Shown: in pieces, positions 13,873 through 25,169 of the stretch | Numbering within the stretch: the stretch's first letter is position 1 | Layout of the letters: the number at the start of each line of letters is the position of its first letter | DNA from: Raja brachyura | Lineage: Eukaryota | Length of the DNA: 64,000 nucleotides | Direction of reading: 5' to 3' | Assembly (NCBI GenBank): GCA_963514005.1 | Contig: OY740782.1 | Location: 86,118,001-86,182,000 of the forward strand | The notes under the pieces: model-generated | Database searches by the model: none | The model's input: the letters and a program-made list of their open reading frames with translations, nothing else | What the model was told of the DNA's origin: nothing | Made by a program: the position numbers and the translations under genes

Positions 13873-14215
13873 TAGAAACATAGACATAGAAACATAGAAA
13901 ATAGGTGCAGGAGTAGGCCATTCGACCCTTCGAGCCTGCACCGCCATTCAATGTGATCATGGCTGATCATCCAACTCAGTATCCCGTACCTGCCTTCTCT
14001 CCATACCCCCTGATCCCTTTAGCCACAAGTGCCACATCTAACGCCCTCTTAAATATAGCCAATGAACTGGCCTCAACTACCTTTTGTGGCAGAGAATTCC
14101 AGAGACTCACCACTCTCTGTGTAAAGAATGTTTTCCTCATTTCGGTCCTAAAGGAATTCCCCCTTATCCTTAGACTGTGACCCCTTGTTCTGGATGTGAC
14201 CCCTTGTTCTGGATA
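13873..14215 (-). mobile_element. CR1 3' terminal fragment
   Basis: FFTQRVVSLWNSLPQKVVEASSL...GYGEKAG plus a (CATAGAAA)n tail; preceded by older degenerate CR1 sequence at about 13370-13870. Confidence 0.9.
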
Positions 14216-14226
14216 ATAAGGTAATA

Positions 14227-15532
14227 CAGTGCCCTCCATAATGTTTGGGACAAAGAACCATCATTTAATTATTTGCCTCTGCACTTCACAAATTGAGATT
14301 TGTAATAGAAAAAAAATCACACATAGTTAAAGTGCACATTGTCAGATTTTATTAAAGGCATTTTTTATAGATTTTTGTTTCACCATGTAGAAATTACAGC
14401 TGTGTTTATACATGGTCCCCCAAGTTCAGTGCACCATAATATTTGGGACACTTGACTTCACAGGTGTTTGTAATTGCTCAGGTGTGTTTAATTGCCGCCT
14501 TAATGCAGGTATGAGAGAGCTCTCAGCACCTACTCTTTCCTTTAGTCTTTCCATCACCTTTGGAAACTTTTATTGCTATTTATCAACATGAGGACCAAAG
14601 TTGTGACAATGAAAGTCAAATAAGTCATTATGAGACCGAGAAACAAGAATAAAACTGTTAGAGACATCAGCCAAACCATAGGCTTACCAAAATCAACTGT
14701 TTGGAACATCATTAAGAAGAAAGAGAGCAAGGTGTGCTTACTAATCGCAAAGGGACAGGCAGGCCAAGGAAGACATCCAAACACCTGTCTGACAGATCAG
14801 AAACACACTTCAGGTGTGGTTTTGACAGTAACCAATGGCCAAAGAAGGCTTCATGAACAGAAATACAGAGGCTACACTGCAAAATGCAAACCACTGATTC
14901 GCTGCAAAAATAGGATGGCCAGGATACAGATTACCATGAAGTACTTAAAACAGCAACCACAGTTCTGGAAAAAGGTCTTGTGGACTGATGAGACGAAGAT
15001 TGACATATCAGAGTGATGGCAAGAGCAAAGTATGGAGGAGAGAAGGAACTGCCCAAGAATCAAAGCATACCATCTCATCTGTGAAACACGGTGGTGGGGG
15101 TGTTATGGCCTGGGCATTTATGGCTGCTGAAGGGACTGGCTCACTTATTTTCATTGATGATACAACTGCTGATGGTAGTAGCATAATTAATTCTGAAGTG
15201 TTTGACACATCCTATCTGCTCAAGTTCAAACAAATGTCTCAAAACTCATTGGTCGGCGGTTCATTCTACAGCAAGACAATGATCCCAAGCATAGTGCTAA
15301 AGCAACAAAGGAGTTTTACAAAGTAAAAAAATGGTCCATTCTTGAGTGGCCATGCCAATCACCTGATCGGAACCAAAATGAGCATGTCTTTTATATGCTG
15401 AAGAGAAAACTGGTAGGGACTAGCCCCCAAAACATGCATAAGCTAAAGATTGCTGACAAATCTCAAATTGCGGAGTACAGAGGCAAATAAATAAATGATG
15501 GGACTTTGTCCCAAACATTATGGAGGGCACTG
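14227..15532 (+). mobile_element. Tc1/mariner (IR/DR-type) DNA transposon with a decayed transposase
   Basis: TA|CAGTGCCCTCCATAATGTTTGGGACAAAG ... CTTTGTCCCAAACATTATGGAGGGCACTG|TA; inner DR copy at about 14427-14450; transposase remnants KSTVWNII, VLWTDETK, SVKHGGGGVMAW, QQDNDPKH. Confidence 0.93.
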
Positions 15533-16718
15533 TATGTGGAGGTATAATTTGAAATGACTATATCATGATGACTGTCTTCACAATAGAGAGGGAGGATGCT
15601 TGTTTTATAGTTAAGGTGATTATTTTGGTGCTATTGAATGGTGTAATTAGAGTCCAAGTGAATATACTCAGTTCTCCATCATCATTGAAAGCACATTTTA
15701 TTTGCTAGGCCCAGAAGAAATATAATCCAGGTTCTTAGAAGAAGGAAAAGAGAAAATTATGGAAATCCGCAACCCACTGTGGCAGCAGGAGCAGTATCAG
15801 AGGATTGGAACATTGATAACATCTATTACATTGTGAAGTGGAGGAAGAGGAGTAATGTGTAATCATAGGCCAGGATTAATTTTGCTAGGACTATATTATG
15901 GGAATACATTTTCAGGGTCTGTATAAACCATAATTGAGATTGGCAGAGATGAATCAGGGACAAGCAGCATTCGAAGGTCATGTCTGATGAACTTGACTAG
16001 ATTCTTTGAAGACCTAACAAAGTTGCTAAAAGAAGCAAGAGAGAAAATTACAATAAAGTTTGTGTGTTTGATGGAATGCAATAAGATTCAACTCGAAACA
16101 CCTGTGATGGCATGAAGCAAAGGATAATGTGCGATACATGTTTTAGTAACCAAAAGGCTATTACCAGAGGTTCCACAGGGCTCAGTACATCAGGGCTGCC
16201 AACATTGGGTGAGAGTTGGGAGTGAGTTGGGTGTGAGAAATTGGTATGGATATTTTGCATTTTTCAGCTTGAAATTTTGCAATCTGGTGCATACTGTAGC
16301 GAGTCTTTTAACTTATACTTGAATGCAATATTTATGCTTTACATTTAACTAGCTATGAATAAGGTTAGGCTACATTACATTCCTAATTACATTCCACATT
16401 ACAGCCAGGCTCTAATCAACAGGTGCAGCATATGAATGATCTTACTGTATTCATGTATGGAAATCAGATTATAATCAAGCACTTGGCCCATGTTGACCAA
16501 CCTGGGTCTCACTGCACAACTGGTACTACTCCTGAACCTGACTCCAGTTGCATACCTTCTCTCATTCCTAACCCTGAGTCCAGCCATACACCTATCCCCC
16601 TATTCTGCCCTGATCATAGCTGCTTACCTGCTTAGGTTCCCAGTGCTGAACACTCCCATTGTCACAGGATTGACTGCACACGTAGTATTATTCCAGACCT
16701 TGACTCTGGATGCACACT

Positions 16719-19165
16719 TCAGATTCAGATTCAGATTCAATTTTAATTGTCATTGTCAGTGTACAGTACAGAGACAACGAAATGCATTTAGCATCTCCCT
16801 GGAAGAGCGACACAGCAAATTATTTGAATAAATAACAATAAGTGTCCGGGGGGGGGGGGGGGGTGATTGGCAGTCACCGAGGTACGTTGTTGAGTAGCGT
16901 GACAGCCGCCGGAAAGAAGCTGTTCCTGGACCTGCTGGTTCGGCAACGGAGAGACCTGTAGCGCCTCCCAGATGGTAGGAGGGTAAACAGTCCATGGTTG
17001 GGGTGAGAGAGGTCCTTGGCGATGCTGAGCGCCCTCCGCAGACAACGCTTGCTTTGGACAGACTCAATGGAGGGGAGCGAGGAACCGGTGATGCGTTGGG
17101 CAATTTTCACCACCCTCTGCAATGCCTTCCGGTCGGAGACAGAGCAGTTGCCATACCAAACTGTGATGCAGTTGGTAAGGATGCTCCCGATGGTGCAGCG
17201 GTAGAAGTTCACCAGGATCTGAGGAGACAGATGGACCTTCTTCAGTCTCCTCAGGAAGAAGAGACGCTGGTGAGCCTTCTTGATTAGAGTTGAGGTATTG
17301 TGGGTCCAAGAGAGGTCGTCGGAGAGGTTGACTCCCAAGAACCTGAAGCTAGAAACACGTTCCACCTCCGTACCGTTAATGTGGATGGGGGTGTGCGTGC
17401 CGCCCCTGGACTTCCTGAAGTCTACAATGAGCTCCTTGGTCTTCTTGGAGTTAAGGGCCAGGTTGTTGTCAGCGCACCATGCTGCTAAGTGCTGGACCTC
17501 CTCCCTGTAGGCCGACTCATCGTTGTTGCTGATGAGGCCAATCACCGTTGTATCATCTGCATACTTGATGATGGTGTTAGTACCATGTACAGGTGTGCAG
17601 TCATAGGTGAAGAGGGAGTAGAGGAGGGGGCTCAGCACACAGCCCTGTGGAACGCCGGTGTTCAGGGTGAGGGTTGAAGAGGTGTGCTTGTCTAACCTAA
17701 CAGACTGGGGTCTGTTGGTTAGAAAGTCCAGTATCCAGTTGCAGAGGGAAGGAGCGATGCACAGATTACCGAGTTTGGCGATCAATTTTGATGGTATAAT
17801 GGTGTTGAATGCTGAGCTGTAATCGATGAACAGCATTCTTACGTAAGTGTCTCTGTTGTCGAGGTGGGAGAGGGCGGAGTGAAGTGCCGTTGAGATGGCA
17901 TCCTACGTACTCCTGTTCTTGCGGTAGGCAAACTGATAGGGATCCAGTGTGGGGGGTAGGCAGCTTTTGAGGTGTGCCAGGACCAGCCTCTCGAAGCACT
18001 TGGTGATGATGGGGGTAAGTGCAACTGCGCGGAAGTCGTTGAGGCTTGCCGCAGTGGAGTGTTTTGGCACTGGCACGATGGAGGTGGTTTTAAGGCACGT
18101 GGGGACAACTGCCAGGGCAAGTGACAGGTTGAAGATATCAGTCCAGACGTCTGCCAGCTGCGCCGCACAGACCCTGAGCACGCGCCCGGGGATGCCGTCA
18201 GGGCCAGCAGCTTTACGTGCATTAGTCCTACTCAGTGCCACGTATACGTCATAGGGGGTGAGTGTGAGGGGTTGGAGATCGGCAGGTAGCACAGCCTTGA
18301 TGGCTGTCTCTAGATTGTCCCTGTCGAAGCGGCCATAGAAGTGATTGAGCTCCTCAAGGAAGGAGGCGTCGCTGGATGTGGGGGTGGTGTTAGCGGGTCT
18401 GTAGTCCGTGATGGCCTGGATGCCTTGCCACATGCGTCGGGGGTCGGAGTTGTTGTTGAAGTGCTCCTCAATCCTGAGCTTATGGCAGTGCTTGGCCTTC
18501 TTGATGCCCCTCTTCAGGTTAGCCCTGGCTGAACTGTAGGCTCGAGCATCGCCTGACCTGAAAGCGGTGTCCCGTGCTTTCAGCAGTAGCCTGACCTCGC
18601 TGTTCATCCATGGCTTCTGATTCGGGAATATGGTCACCTGTTTGAGGGAGGTGACACTATTGATGGTGGAGTTTATAAAGTCCAGAACAGAGGATGTGTA
18701 GGAGTCAATGTCCATGTGGGAGTCAAGGGTGGCCTGGGCTGCAAACGCCTTCCAGTCAGTGTTTCCAAAACACTGCTGAAGTGTGAAGTCCGCTTCCTCT
18801 GACCAGACTTTAACTGTCCTCACAGTTGGTTTAACCCGTCTGATGAGTGGGGAGTACTTAGGGAGCAGGAACAATGAGATGTGATCAGACTGACCAAGGT
18901 GGGGGAGGGGGATGGCTTTGTAAGCTTCAGCCACGTTGGTGTAGACTTTGTCCAGTGTCTTGTCTACTCTAGTGGGGAAGGAGACATGCTGGTGGAATTT
19001 GGGGAGTACAGTCTTCAGGTTAGAGTTATTGAAGTCACCCGCAACAATGAAGGCTGCCTCGGGGTTGTGTGTCTGTTGATTGCTAATGGCAGTATGCAGC
19101 TCTTTCATTGCAAGCTTGGCATTAGCATCAGGAGGGATATAGGCTGCAGTCACAACTGGCCTTGG
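16719..19165 (-). mobile_element. Rex1/Babar-clade LINE, 5'-truncated; APE-RT ORF broken by one TAG at 17903-17905
   Basis: [49 protein letters not shown] and C-terminal LPSGRRYRS...NSFFP; (CTGAAT)n tail at 16719-16740; ORFs 17903-19222 and 16874-17836 share a frame. Confidence 0.92.
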
Positions 19166-19935
19166 CCTTGCTCCTAGCCCCTCTGCACTGACAATATATC
19201 TGACCCACACATAAAGCCCCATATCTGACCCCCTGGACTTAACCTATTACATTCAAGTCCACAGGTGCTTATCTAATGTGGTAATCTTTTAAGGGGCACT
19301 TCATGGACCAAATTTTGTTTAACAATACATCCATTGGCTTCCCCGTTATCTAACATGCTAGTTACTTTGTTAAAGAAGTCATCAATTGGTTGAACACAAT
19401 TTCTCATCCATAAAATTATACTCATTCAGGTGTATGTATTCTGTTACCATTTCCTTTTTTTCCCCTAACAAACAGTCTTGAAGTCATTTTCACCCCCAAT
19501 ATTTCCAGTATTTTGCTGGCTTCCCCTCAGCTGGGACTTTTCCAAAATGCAAAGTCCAATAACTATATATTTAAGCAATAATATTCTATTTAATGTGATC
19601 TCGAGAGTACATAATATTTTCTGTGGCATTCATAACACAACAATGATAAAAAGATCTTTATTTCAATTGCACCTTTCAACATGCATATGTTATTATATTA
19701 CAGTTAATATGTACCAAGGGCAAATTTTTGTTACAGTGCTCCCCATTCCCAATTACTTTTACATTGAAGTGATTGAAATTCAAGTGGTTTAAATGGCATC
19801 AGAAAAGTAAAACCTCTGGATTGGATGATATTCATTCATTGGTTGTTTGGAGTCAGTACCAGCACAATTACTAAATTAAACTTTGAATCTTCAGATGTCC
19901 TGGTTCAAGCTAAAACTAAAGTCAAATAATAACCT

Positions 19936-20084
19936 TGTTGGGTATGTGATATGATTAGCATATGTGATGTTTTGTGCAAGTACGCATGTGCAAGGGAGAC
20001 TGAAGGTGGCGTCCTGGAATAAAGAAGCTTGTTAGTTTACTCCCGGTTATTTTAAGTCTGTTCCAAGCACCCAAAGACACAACG
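19936..20084 (+). repeat. 5' LTR (about 149 bp)
   Basis: TGTTGGGTATGTGATATGATTAGCA...AATAAA...CACAACG; direct repeat of 24340-24501. Confidence 0.88.
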
Positions 20085-20086
20085 AT

Positions 20087-20098
20087 TGGCGACAAGGA
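20087..20098 (+). promoter_or_regulatory. Primer-binding site, tRNA-Ser(GCU)-like
   Basis: TGGCGACAAGGA (second copy TGGCGACGAGGA at 24504) is complementary to the ...TCCTCGTCGCCA 3' end of vertebrate tRNA-Ser(GCU); lies 2 nt after the LTR. Confidence 0.75.
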
Positions 20099-21652
20099 TA
20101 AAAGAACAGAAAAGAAAAGAACAAGGACAGCCAAGAAAAACAAAAACAAGTTAAAATAGAGGTTGTATTTGGAAACAAAGTGGAACAGCACCAAGCAAAA
20201 AGATTTGCCGCCAAATGGTTTTGAATTGGCGCCAAAGGGAATAAAAGGGTTGGAACGGGAAGCAAGAGTGCGGGGAAGCAAGAGCGCAAGGAAGACAAGC
20301 GGGGCAGTAAGGGTCACCGAACGTAGATTAATGCTAGGAGTGACGGTGTCAGCTTACCTGGAACATTTTCCAGGGCTGTGCAGCCCACAGCCAGGCCCAA
20401 GCAGCAGCCACAGATGTCGGGTGAGGGCCTAGTACCGTGTACGCCACGGGCAGGTCCGGAGAAGCCACTGACGAAAGAGGACCATGTAGCCCACGGCCAG
20501 CCCCAGTAACAGCCACAGACGTCGGGTGAGGGCTTAGTACCGTGTAAGCCACAGACAGGTCCGGAGATGCCACTGACAGAAGCCGAGTCTTCAGCCCGCT
20601 CGGGAGCAGAGTCAGCCCAGTCGGGGGAGAAAGCAGAGAAAGCCCGGTTGGGAGCAGAGTCAGCCCGACCGTGAGCAGAAAAGAGGGTCCGGCCGCGCAA
20701 GGGAAGCGGACCGGCCACGTGGGAAAGCCAACCGCGAGAGAGAAGCGGAACTGGCCGAGTGAGAGAGGCGACCGCGAGAGAAGAGTGGACCAGGCCCGAC
20801 GAGAGAAGCGGACAAAAGCCGAGAAGCCGAGAGCCGAGAAACCACGGTCGCAAGAGACGGCTGAGAGTGGGGAAAGCCCAGATGTGAGAGGAAGTCCAGC
20901 CCCGACTGAAGAGTGGGTCCGCACAAGAGAAGTGGGACACAGCGCTTAGCCAGCCCCGACAGCGGGGCACAGTCCCGACACGAGAAAAAGCCAGCGACGA
21001 GCCGAGCAGCGGGTCTAGCAGCAGACAGGTGGGCCGTGGAGCCCGTGATGAGCCGAGCAGCGGCGCCCAGCAGAGTGAGGCCGTGCTGTGGAACCTCGAC
21101 GGGTGGTGCAGATGGGGAGCCAGAGACTTACCTTCCGCAGCGCGTCCATGGGAGACAACAGGCGAGTCAGCAGAACAGCAGGAGTCGACTTGGCAGGCGG
21201 AAACAGCAACGGATGAGCCAGCGGTAGTAGAGGAGATCCGGAGTGGCTAGCAGCAACAGTGTCCTTGGGAGAAGCTCTGGAGAATCCAAGAGGTCGAGGG
21301 TGCACCGGAGGCCGTAGGCCGACAAGCTGGACCGGTGAAATCCTTCACAATAAAAGCACTGTTTGAATGTTATGCATTATTCATTATTCCTTCACAGTAA
21401 AAGCAGGACTGTTTGGATGTAATGCATTGGTCACTGTTATTAATAGTGAATTTGTGCATAGCAGGAATATGGTTTAAAATGTTCTAGTTGGCTGTTAACC
21501 TGAAATGTTCGTTATTTGTATAAATCTATTATTATAAGATTAATTAATAGTCAGTGGGTTGGATAATCTCTTAGAATGTAAAAGGATTAAGTCCAGGGCA
21601 GAAAACACTGTGAGAGAACAGAATATAGTGCACCTGAATAGCAACAGGGAGC

Positions 21653-22510
21653 ATGGCTATTCAAATGGTAGGAAAGTTGCCCCAGTTAGATTCTGGGTGT
21701 AATTTTGAGAAATGGACTGAAGTCTTGAAGGCTTCGTTCATTTCCAATGATATCACTGCAAAGGAGAAGAATAGAGCATGGTTCATATTAGGCTTAGGAA
21801 GAGAGGGTTATCACACCTTACATATGTTACTGCAGCCAGCAAAGCCCACGGGTATGTTTTACGAGGAGTGTAAGGAGGCATTAATGGCTCATTTCTCGCC
21901 AAAACCTCCAAGTGCATCCAGAGGCAAAGAGCCTGAACGAAAGAAGGCAGAGAGTCCCTCAAAGGACAAAAGTCAAGGGCAAAGTGACAAAAGTCAAGTG
22001 CCAAGTGACGAAGGCCAAGTGCAAAAGGCCAATGGTCAAAGGGAAAGGGAAAAAAGTCAAATGCAAAGGGAAATTGCCATCCAGAGGGCAACCCTAACTA
22101 TTCAAGCTGCATTCAAGGGTATGAAGGTACGGAGAGAGATCTGGAACACACAGAAGGCAGCAACGGTAATACAAGCAACATTTAGAATGCACAGAGTAAA
22201 CCGTCCATACAGGGCCATGAGATTGGCAGCTATAATAGTACAAACCCATTACAGGGCACACCTTCAAATGGAAAGTGATTGCAAAACTTACAGGAAGGTA
22301 CGCAGCAGCGCTGTGCTGCTTCAGGCTGCCTACCGAGGAATGGTTATTCGAAAGCAATTGCGGTGCATGCACAAATCTGCCAAGGACATACAGACTTATT
22401 ATCAGATGCATAAACAGCGTCAGTATTTCAAGAAACTACGCTGGTCTGCCATTGCGGTACAGCAACGATACCGAGCTTGCCAGATAAGAGATGTCCAGGT
22501 GCAATTATAA
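21653..22510 (+). CDS. Chimeric ORF: Gypsy Gag N-terminal domain + linker + ASPM-derived IQ repeats (285 aa)
   Basis: aa 1-86 (...FEKWTEVLKASFISNDI...GYHTLHMLLQPAKP...YEECKEALMAHFSPKP) resemble a Gypsy Gag N-terminus; C-terminal half has tandem IQ motifs IQAAFKG, IQATFRM, VQTHYRA, LQAAYRG, IQTYYQM, VQQRYRA. Confidence 0.8.
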   Translation: MAIQMVGKLPQLDSGCNFEKWTEVLKASFISNDITAKEKNRAWFILGLGREGYHTLHMLLQPAKPTGMFYEECKEALMAHFSPKPPSASRGKEPERKKAESPSKDKSQGQSDKSQVPSDEGQVQKANGQREREKSQMQREIAIQRATLTIQAAFKGMKVRREIWNTQKAATVIQATFRMHRVNRPYRAMRLAAIIVQTHYRAHLQMESDCKTYRKVRSSAVLLQAAYRGMVIRKQLRCMHKSAKDIQTYYQMHKQRQYFKKLRWSAIAVQQRYRACQIRDVQVQL

Positions 22511-23806
22511 TAGTTTGAGAAAAGCAGTGGTTTGTATTCAGGCCTTCTACCATGGGATTAAAGCCAGAGAATTGGTTGAGAAAATCAAGGCAGCACGCCA
22601 TATTAAGTCATTCATAATGATGTGCATTACAAGAAAACATTTCTTGATGCAAAAGGCGGCTGTAGTCACTCTGCAAACTGCATACCGTGGTTACCGATCA
22701 AGGGTACGCTACATAGCTATGTGACAAGCAGTCATTTTGATCCAGAGATGGTACAAAGCATTCAAAATAGGGCATTCCCAGTTTGTACAATATCAGTCAA
22801 TTAGGGATGCAAGTATTACCATTCAGGCTGCCTACAAGAGTATGGTGGTTAGGCAATGGGTTAAGCACAAGAGAGCTACTATAAAAGTGTAGTCAGTACT
22901 CCGTATGAGTTGGTATAGGAAAGACTTAAGAAAACAAATAGATGCACAACAGAAAAGGCTTAAACATAGACATAGAAAATAGGTACAGGAGTAGGCCCTT
23001 TGGTCCTTCGAGCCTGCAACGCCATTCAAAATGATCATGGCTGATCGTCCAACTTGGTATCCTGTACCTGCCTTCTCTCCATACCCCCTGATCCCTTTAG
23101 CCACAAGAGCTACATCTAACTCCCTCTTAAATATAGCCAATGAACTGGCCTCAACTACCTTCTGTGGTAGAGAATTCCACAGATTCACCACTCTCTGTGT
23201 GAAAAATGTTTTTCTCATCTCGGTCCTGAAAGATTTCCCCCTTATCCTTAAACTATGACCCCTTGTCCTGGACTTCCCCAACATCAGGAACAATCTTCCT
23301 GCATCTAGCCTGTCCAACCCCTTAAGAATTTTGTAAGTTTCCATAAGATCTCCCCTCAATCTTCTAAATTCTAGCGAGTACAAGCCGAGTCTATCCAGTC
23401 TTTCTTCATATGAAAGTCCTAACATCCCAGGAATTAATCTGGTGAACCTTCTCTGTACTCCCTCTATGGCAAGAATCCAACTATTACCATTCAGGCTGCC
23501 TACAAGAGTATGATGGTTAGGCAGTGGGTTAAGCAAAAGAGAGCTACTGTCAGTCAGTAGTCCGTATGAGTTGGTATAGGAAAGACTTAAGAAGACAAAT
23601 AGATGCACAACGGAAAACCGCTTAAACGATACAAAAGGCTTAAATGATATAGGAAAGACTGCCTCAAACTGAAATATATAGCAATTGTAGTGCAGTCTCA
23701 CTATCTTGCTCATGAAGCTAGAACACTGTACAGAACACAAATCAAAGCCACTGTTATATTGCAAAGACAATATAGATCCTACTTCTTGATGAAAAACCAG
23801 AAAGGT
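22075..23806 (+). pseudogene. ASPM: Captured ASPM IQ-repeat fragment (frameshift at about 22505, stops, CR1 insertion, internal duplication)
   Basis: More than a dozen closely spaced IQxxYR-type motifs with the alternating pattern of the ASPM IQ region (IQAFYHG, LQTAYRG, IQRWYKA, IQAAYKS, VQSHYLA, LQRQYRS). Confidence 0.78.
22966..23478 (-). mobile_element. Young CR1 3' fragment inserted in the captured ASPM/TLK2 region
   Basis: ILAIEGVQRRFTRLIPGM...GYGEKAGTGY plus a catagacatagaaa tail; near-identical to 5243-5760. Confidence 0.93.
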
Positions 23807-24175
23807 GACTTAAGAAGACAAATAGATGAACAACAGAAAAGGCTTAAACGATACAAAGAACGGTTAAATAAATGTGTGACAATGAGTAAAAAGCTGCTAA
23901 TAGAAAAGTCTAAAGAAGAGAGGCTTGTCGGTCAAGACAAAAGTATGCAGGACCGATTGCGATTAGGACACTTCACTAGAGTCCAGCATGGAGCCTCCTT
24001 CACTGAGCAATGGACAATTGGTTATGTATTGCAGAATCCCATTAAACAGCAAGAGCAGATAAATACGCAGCAAATGGAAATTGAACAACGGAAGAAGCTG
24101 CTAGAAAACGAAAACTTGCAGCCATGGGTCAGATCCCACCTACAAAGAGGAAAACAAAGCAAATACATGAACCAG
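23807..24175 (+). pseudogene. TLK2: Captured, intron-free Tousled-like kinase (TLK2-like) coiled-coil fragment
   Basis: [38 protein letters not shown]...[27 protein letters not shown]..., then (frameshifted) [12 protein letters not shown], matching the recalled TLK2 [11 protein letters not shown]...[24 protein letters not shown]...KRKPPAMGQAPP. Confidence 0.88.
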
Positions 24176-24339
24176 AAAATTAAATGCAGAATATCAGGAA
24201 CAGGAAGAAATTGTGTAAAAGGGGAGGAATGCGGTGTATGTAATAGAAATGGTATTACCTGCCTCCAAGTTAAAGGGGGAGGAGTGTTACATATGTAATA
24301 GAAATGGTGCTACCTGCCTCCAAGTTAAAGGGGGAAGAT

Positions 24340-24501
24340 TGTTCGGTATGTGATATGATTAGCATATGTGATGTCTTGTGCAAGTATGCATGCATGCTCG
24401 GGGGAAGCTGAAGGTGGCATCCTGGAATAAAGAAGCTTGTTGGTTTACTCCCAGGTCTGAGTGTTCTTTTAAGTCTGTTCCAAGCACCCAAAAACACAAC
24501 A
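24340..24501 (+). repeat. 3' LTR (about 162 bp) preceded by a polypurine tract
   Basis: AAAGGGGGAAGA-T-|TGTTCGGTATGTGATATGATTAGCA...CACAACA. Confidence 0.88.
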
Positions 24502-25169
24502 ATTGGCGACGAGGATAAAAGAACAGAAAAGCACCCAAATACACAACAGACCTCCCCACACATTCCCCTGCAAGTATCTCTGTCACTCCTTTAAAATATG
24601 CCCCTTCTTTGAACAAGCTCTTAAGCATCTGAATCAGTTTCCATCTGATTACACTCCTTGAGAAAGTTCATCTACATGTTCAATTAATAAAACAATGAGA
24701 TTGGGGACATTTCTATCCAATCTGACAAAGGAATTTGGGGGGGGGGGCAGTTAGATATAGTCGTTGAGGTAAACAAACACAATAGTGCTACCTTCCTAAT
24801 AATTAACTGAAGGGAATAATGGGTTATCGGGGCTGTATGTTGCTTCAAAATCAAGTGGTTGAGTATTATTGCCATTCAAGATTAAGTGGGACCATTGGGT
24901 CCCAGCTTCACACAGGGGTGCTGATTTGCCAAACGCAATATTCCACCTCTCCACCAATTCTAATATTGTGGCCAGTGGGGGGGGGGGGGCATTCTGGAGT
25001 GCTAGTATGGGTGTTGTGGGCTGAAGGGACTGGTTTCCAGAGGGCTAGTATGGACATTGTGGGCCGAATGGATTCTTGGCCTGGCGGCTCAGTCACTCAA
25101 GCCTGGTGTGCTGGCAGCTCACTCACGGCAGTTGAGCTGGTAGTTGACTCACGGCTATTCCTTGAAATT

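Larger units (their letters stand above)
19936..24548 (+). mobile_element. Non-autonomous Ty3/Gypsy-derived LTR element carrying captured ASPM and TLK2 sequence
   Basis: 5' LTR 19936-20084, PBS TGGCGACAAGGA 20087-20098, gag start 21653, PPT 24327-24338, 3' LTR 24340-24501, flanks AACCT/GACCT; no PR/RT/IN motifs inside. Confidence 0.88.

Noticed and set aside
22832-23770. 312-aa minus-strand ORF
   Set aside because: A CR1 ORF2 tail with chance read-through into antisense ASPM/TLK2 sequence
22075-24175. Native ASPM or TLK2 locus
   Set aside because: Fragments only, interleaved, with stops and frameshifts, bounded by LTRs, and no other exons of either gene were recognised in the window
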